Of a DNA stretch of 64,000 nucleotides, positions 59,312 through 64,000 are shown one piece after another. Position 1 is the stretch's first letter. Every line of letters starts with the position of its first letter. The notes under the pieces are model-generated. The model had not been told where the DNA came from. It saw only the letters and a program-made list of their open reading frames with translations, and ran no database searches. This DNA is from Candidatus Heimdallarchaeota archaeon (GTDB taxonomy: Archaea; Asgardarchaeota; Heimdallarchaeia; Heimdallarchaeales; Heimdallarchaeaceae), in contig JABCTC010000010.1 in the NCBI GenBank assembly GCA_018238545.1, positions 1-64,000 on the forward strand. Direction: 5' to 3'. Made by a program: the position numbers and the translations under genes.

Positions 59312-59686
59312 ATGCATGAATATAGTGTTGCTTCTGCAATTGTTGATCAAGTGAAGGTGATTGTAGAAGAGCACAAAGCTACCCAAGTGAAAAAGATTAT
59401 CGTAACTGCAAGTCCATATGATGTGATTATACCCGAGCTTCTAGTTGAAGCGTATGGAATAATAATTCATGGGTTGGATAAATTTAAAGATTCCACACTT
59501 GAAATACAAATCAGTAAGGCAGAGATTAGGTGTATAGACTGTGATTACGCGGGAGAACCTGATGAAAAAGGTGACCCTGAGTTTGCTTACAATTTCATTT
59601 GTCCAGAATGTGGTTCAAGGGACACTCATGTTAACATGAAAAATCTAACAATAGAAACTGTAGATTTAGTGATCCCCGATAATTAA
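59312..59686 (+). CDS. hypA: Hydrogenase maturation nickel chaperone HypA
   Basis: MHE N-terminus and CxxC...CPxCGS. Confidence 0.93.
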   Translation: MHEYSVASAIVDQVKVIVEEHKATQVKKIIVTASPYDVIIPELLVEAYGIIIHGLDKFKDSTLEIQISKAEIRCIDCDYAGEPDEKGDPEFAYNFICPECGSRDTHVNMKNLTIETVDLVIPDN

Positions 59687-59717
59687 TAGAGATTTAAATG
59701 ACAATTAATCTGCTTGG

Positions 59718-60767
59718 CTATATTAGATGTTCTGATTCTTCAGAAACTATGGCGTTTGTTTGCGCATAAGGCAAAATCTCACTTAGTTCCCCTCTTAAAT
59801 CATTGACTCCTTTCTCATGGAAGAAATTGAGATACAGCATACCAAATAGATACAATGTTCCAAAAGCTAATATCGTTACGATTAGTATTCCTGCAATAGC
59901 CATAAAGAATATAGCCACTTTAGCTGCAAATTTATCACCAAATGACGTCATTTCTTCAGCTAAAGTTTTGAAGAAACTGAATCCAGCTAACCAAGCAGAT
60001 ATGCCAAAGAACATGCTTACAAGACTTCTTCTTACTTTGTCTGCTAACTCGTTATTACGATTATTTGTTTTACTATACTTAATTTGTGAATCTCTTATAG
60101 TCCAAACAACTGGTGTTAACCAACATATGAGAATGGGCGAAAATAGTAATACAAGGGATCCTGTTATGAATCCAATAGAAGGATCTGATATAGCAGATTT
60201 AATTATAGTTGCAATGAGAAATCCTATTCCAAGAGAAGCCGAGATTATATCATATAATCTTGTACCTACAAACGATTTGAAACTCCCAATATCAATACTA
60301 TGTGTTTTTTCCTCCAAATAGTACTTTGAATCTGGTGTTAAATCAAAACCAAACAGAAGAGCAATAGAAATGCGAAAGAAACCAAATTTATGATATTTCC
60401 TATCTTTTTTTAGTTTGCCTAAGGTTTCTCGTATTTCCCCTTTTTTCTCATGTTTAGTTTTTAATGTTTCAAATATCAGTTTCTTAGAGACCCATCCACC
60501 AACCTTTTTCCAGAGAAATAAACCTAAAAGTGGAGAAGCTATAGAAGCAACGACGACTAAAATTGCGATTAAAAGTTTTTGTGAAGGGTTATCTGTGCCA
60601 CTTAGAAACCAGATAGATAAAAACCATGCTACATAACAACTGAGAAATATTAACACACTAATGAACCACACTTTTTTTGAAGGCTTAATAACTTTGAAAA
60701 AGAAATTCTTTGTGTCTAGCTCTTTTAGCGGAATCATATATTCCAAGTCTTTTTCCATTGAAATCAC
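59718..60767 (-). CDS. Hypothetical multi-pass membrane protein
   Basis: About six hydrophobic helices; no recognised motif. Confidence 0.6.
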   Translation of the reverse strand: MISMEKDLEYMIPLKELDTKNFFFKVIKPSKKVWFISVLIFLSCYVAWFLSIWFLSGTDNPSQKLLIAILVVVASIASPLLGLFLWKKVGGWVSKKLIFETLKTKHEKKGEIRETLGKLKKDRKYHKFGFFRISIALLFGFDLTPDSKYYLEEKTHSIDIGSFKSFVGTRLYDIISASLGIGFLIATIIKSAISDPSIGFITGSLVLLFSPILICWLTPVVWTIRDSQIKYSKTNNRNNELADKVRRSLVSMFFGISAWLAGFSFFKTLAEEMTSFGDKFAAKVAIFFMAIAGILIVTILAFGTLYLFGMLYLNFFHEKGVNDLRGELSEILPYAQTNAIVSEESEHLI

Positions 60768-60826
60768 TTATACTATTCTAAATCTAACAAATTTAATAAA
60801 CATTATGAGAACTGCAATGAGAAAAG

Positions 60827-62398
60827 CTAGTGAAAAATGTGCTTCTCTTCAAAGTCTGCAGTTTTAAACTTGTTTTTAGCAATTAAGATAAATGGTAACA
60901 CAAAAGATAGAGCAAAACCAATCGCAAGAAAAATTGCAAAGTAGAAATTATCACCATAATAATTTACTATCCCTAATAGATCTAATGTTGAAATCACTGT
61001 AAGACCAAAGAATATAATCCCAATTGCAGAAAAGATTGCTCCCCATAAGCCTAATTTTAGTTTTTTATTCCATTCACTTTTCTTTGATCTGAATAGAGAA
61101 CTGAATAATCCATCTAGAGCTGCAAGTTTTAGATATGGTGAAGCCAACCCTCCAAAAATAACATAGAATGGAACATTATAGGCTTTAAGTTTAAGAAATT
61201 TAGATTTAATGAAATAGATAATCATAATGGCAAATGTTCCTCCATAAATAATCATGATTAGTATGGGCATAATAATTTGTGAAAGTGAGTCCAAACCTAA
61301 GGCTCGAAAGTAGGGTGTTTTGAACAAATACATGAAACCATAAACAAATCCAAGTTCATAGAAACTTGTGACACCGAATATAATAGTGGATGTAAAGAAT
61401 AAATCTGCTGATTGTTTAAAGCTTAATCTCCCCATAAGAATGTCCTTAATATGAGCAACAAAGGAACCATTTTGTCCTTTTATCCACCGATACAATTGTG
61501 ACATCTGATGATCTAGGGTACTTGGTAGTAATGTTTGAGCTGCAAATTCATCTAAGAAGTAACCTTGTTTCTTTTGAGTCATAAGAGAAATTGAGTGGGA
61601 ATAATCTTCTATAACAACATTCTCAGGTATGTTTTGAACTCCACTCCTGCGAAAACAAGCAGATGCTCCTTGGAAAAGAACTGCTCCAAAAGTACGTCGT
61701 GCATTTTGAGAACAAAAAATCTGACTAGTAGTCATTGCAGACCAAACATGAAGCACATTGGTTGCATTGCGAAATCCATACTTCGCTTGAACAAACTCAT
61801 ATTCCGGATATTGATTTAGAATTGCAACAAATTTCGTGAGAATACCTTCAGTTGGAACATGGTCTACATCAAAAAATGAAACATAATCTCCTTTTGTTTT
61901 TGGAATAACAAGATTTAACATCCCTGCTTTAAGATTCTTATTTTCTGCATAAAAGTATGTGAAATTATATCTTTTACAGAGATTTTCATATTTTTTCCTT
62001 AGGTTTTCATCAGGACTATCATCACCAACCCAAACATCGAAATTTTTGTATGTTTGTTTGGTTAAACCCACTAAAGTTTCCTCTAAAACGGGGATTGGAA
62101 CATTGTGAATGGGTATGATAACACTAACTTTCTTTTGCTCATCTATTGCATTAATATCGTAATCCACTTCACCTATTTTGAGAAAGCCATCAATAAGTTG
62201 GACTAGGAAATAGATCATATAAATCGGACCCAATATTTCTAAAATCAATGATAAAATATTCAAGATGATACCTCCTGCACCTAATAGAACACTTTCCCGA
62301 ATGATAGAAATAAGAGATAGAACAAAGTAAACAGCAAAGGTAATATAGAATAGAATACCAATCAAGTGATTGATTTTGTGGATGGCTTTACTGGACAT
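60827..62398 (-). CDS. Processive GT2 glycosyltransferase (cellulose-synthase-like)
   Basis: DDS, KAG.LN, FDVD, IED and QLYRW (D,D,D,QxxRW) with flanking TM helices. Confidence 0.9.
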   Translation of the reverse strand: MSSKAIHKINHLIGILFYITFAVYFVLSLISIIRESVLLGAGGIILNILSLILEILGPIYMIYFLVQLIDGFLKIGEVDYDINAIDEQKKVSVIIPIHNVPIPVLEETLVGLTKQTYKNFDVWVGDDSPDENLRKKYENLCKRYNFTYFYAENKNLKAGMLNLVIPKTKGDYVSFFDVDHVPTEGILTKFVAILNQYPEYEFVQAKYGFRNATNVLHVWSAMTTSQIFCSQNARRTFGAVLFQGASACFRRSGVQNIPENVVIEDYSHSISLMTQKKQGYFLDEFAAQTLLPSTLDHQMSQLYRWIKGQNGSFVAHIKDILMGRLSFKQSADLFFTSTIIFGVTSFYELGFVYGFMYLFKTPYFRALGLDSLSQIIMPILIMIIYGGTFAIMIIYFIKSKFLKLKAYNVPFYVIFGGLASPYLKLAALDGLFSSLFRSKKSEWNKKLKLGLWGAIFSAIGIIFFGLTVISTLDLLGIVNYYGDNFYFAIFLAIGFALSFVLPFILIAKNKFKTADFEEKHIFH

Positions 62399-62526
62399 GT
62401 TTCACAATAGTCTCAAGGATACTATTAAATGTTATATTGAAAAAGTGAAGGAAGGATTATTTATAATGAAGGAGAGTTTTTTATTATTTATCTAAATTTA
62501 AATAGTTTAATCAGTAAGTGTGTGTG

Positions 62527-64000
62527 ATGGAAGTAAGCAGGAAGAATAGAGTGAACAAAATACTATCAAATATCTTCTATTACTTATTTGTAGTTCTAAT
62601 TTTCGGATTTCTTGGCTTATCGTTTTTCATTGATGAATTAGGGTTACTGTATGATATATTATTTGTTGCATTGATTGTAAACTCATTCGTAATTACCTTT
62701 TATCTCGCAATTCAGATGTTAAGGTATAATATCAAAGTAAACAAGAAGGTGCAGATCGGAATTTTCCTTATAGTACTAGGCTTTCTACTAATTCTTACTT
62801 CCTTAAGTAAAAGCATAACTTTCACTAGTGAATTACTATCAGAAATATTAACGTATGAATTCTTTGTTTATTGGGGAATAGGTTTTGTTTTGTTAGGCTT
62901 TCTTATAGAATTAACATTGTTTGATCAATGGTTTTGGGATAATCTTCTGGTTAAACCCGCCAAGAAGATTTTTAATGCAATCAAATCATTTCTCTTGCTA
63001 ATTCGAAAACATTGGAAAGGTATAATATTTGAATTACTTAGATTATTAGGGGTTGCTGGTGGAGTTGTATTAATCTACTTTGGTTACGTTTTACCTGAGT
63101 TCAATTGTTTCATATGGATAGGAATCCCTGTTATAATAGTAAGTGAAACACTTACAAGAAAATCAGTTTTAGTGTTTATTAAGAATACAATTATCGCAAT
63201 AGGAAAATCTGTCAAACGTTTGTTTGTGACCTTATGGAATAAAGCGAAAGAAGTGATAAAAAAGACTCTTGAATCTTTAAAAACATTCTTTTTTAATCTC
63301 TGGAAGTTCTTTAAAAATAATTATGTGACAATTCTACTTGAATTGGGGAGATTGATACTCGCAGGAGGAGGGGGCTACCTTATCTACTTTGGTTTAGTTG
63401 AAGAGTCATTTCGATATTTTATTATAATCGGATCTGGCATAATACTCCTTTTTGAAATAATATTGAGAAAATCTGTTCTCAGAATATTATTTGAATATCT
63501 AAAAGCCTTAGGTCGATTATTCAGAGAACTTGGAATACTCTTCTGGAAACTACTAAAACTATTGTATCAGCCCTTTAAATTCTTAATTAGACACTGGGTA
63601 AAAGTAATTCTCTATACTTGTGATGTTGTAGCGATAGGTTCCATAGCAACCACAATTTATTTCACATTTAGTATACAATTCTATTGGTGGTATATTGTCA
63701 TCCTATCAGCAAGCGGTGCTTACTTAATCATACATCATGCAAGAAGTATCTGGAAAGCGGTAAGATATGTGTTTGTAGATATATTTTATGGAATTATAAA
63801 AGAGATATACTTACTAATTGAAAGATTCTTTACAACAATTGGCAGATTTCTCAATAAACATTGGAAAACAATTGTGAAAGAGCTAATTAGGTTAGTTTTT
63901 GTCGCAGGAGGAATATCACTAATTATTTTTGGTGATGAATTTGAACCAACTATAATAGGAACCGTTATGGTGTGGTCAGGAATAGTAATAATCCCAATTA
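62527..64000 (+). CDS. Large polytopic membrane repeat protein, partial (runs off the right edge)
   Basis: Not in the track. Open frame from the ATG at 62527 (MEVSRKNRVNKILSNIFYYLF...) to the window end, with internal repeats of the form KHWK.I..EL.RL...AGG..LI.FG. Confidence 0.8.
   Translation, partial: MEVSRKNRVNKILSNIFYYLFVVLIFGFLGLSFFIDELGLLYDILFVALIVNSFVITFYLAIQMLRYNIKVNKKVQIGIFLIVLGFLLILTSLSKSITFTSELLSEILTYEFFVYWGIGFVLLGFLIELTLFDQWFWDNLLVKPAKKIFNAIKSFLLLIRKHWKGIIFELLRLLGVAGGVVLIYFGYVLPEFNCFIWIGIPVIIVSETLTRKSVLVFIKNTIIAIGKSVKRLFVTLWNKAKEVIKKTLESLKTFFFNLWKFFKNNYVTILLELGRLILAGGGGYLIYFGLVEESFRYFIIIGSGIILLFEIILRKSVLRILFEYLKALGRLFRELGILFWKLLKLLYQPFKFLIRHWVKVILYTCDVVAIGSIATTIYFTFSIQFYWWYIVILSASGAYLIIHHARSIWKAVRYVFVDIFYGIIKEIYLLIERFFTTIGRFLNKHWKTIVKELIRLVFVAGGISLIIFGDEFEPTIIGTVMVWSGIVIIPI

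Noticed and set aside
1-64000. CRISPR arrays, tRNA/rRNA genes, transposases or integrases
   Set aside because: None recognised by eye in the short AT-rich intergenic regions; tRNAscan-SE and Infernal would be needed to exclude small RNAs

Overview
AT-rich (roughly one-third GC by eye), gene-dense archaeal DNA with about 54 CDS. I recognised no rRNA, tRNA, CRISPR array or transposase. The content points to an Asgard archaeon, probably Heimdallarchaeia (inference): six Ras-superfamily small GTPases (two Rag-like, three Arf/Sar1-like, one divergent), uDENN/longin and gelsolin-like domains, an archaeal tRNA splicing endonuclease and an archaeal class III pilin. The top candidate system is at 3583-12441. 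A 1612-aa single-pass surface protein has an Ig-like ectodomain and a cytoplasmic folliculin/SMCR8-type uDENN-longin domain that keeps the putative arginine finger (NPQSRGG, compared with FLCN DSLARGF). It lies next to two RagA/RagC-like GTPases and a divergent GTPase, suggesting a receptor-GAP coupled to a Rag pair. Other highlights are a P2-type ATPase with a P4-flippase-like PISI motif and lost Ca2+ ligands, a Sar1-like/pseudo-GTPase/uDENN-gelsolin operon, a KaiC plus KaiB-like thioredoxin pair, a CTL/SLC44-like transporter, an HhH-H1-like-eL33 fusion, a membrane-anchored HEPN protein, a structured GC-rich intergenic element and a membrane hairpin-repeat protein. All calls come from reading motifs by eye; no searches were run.
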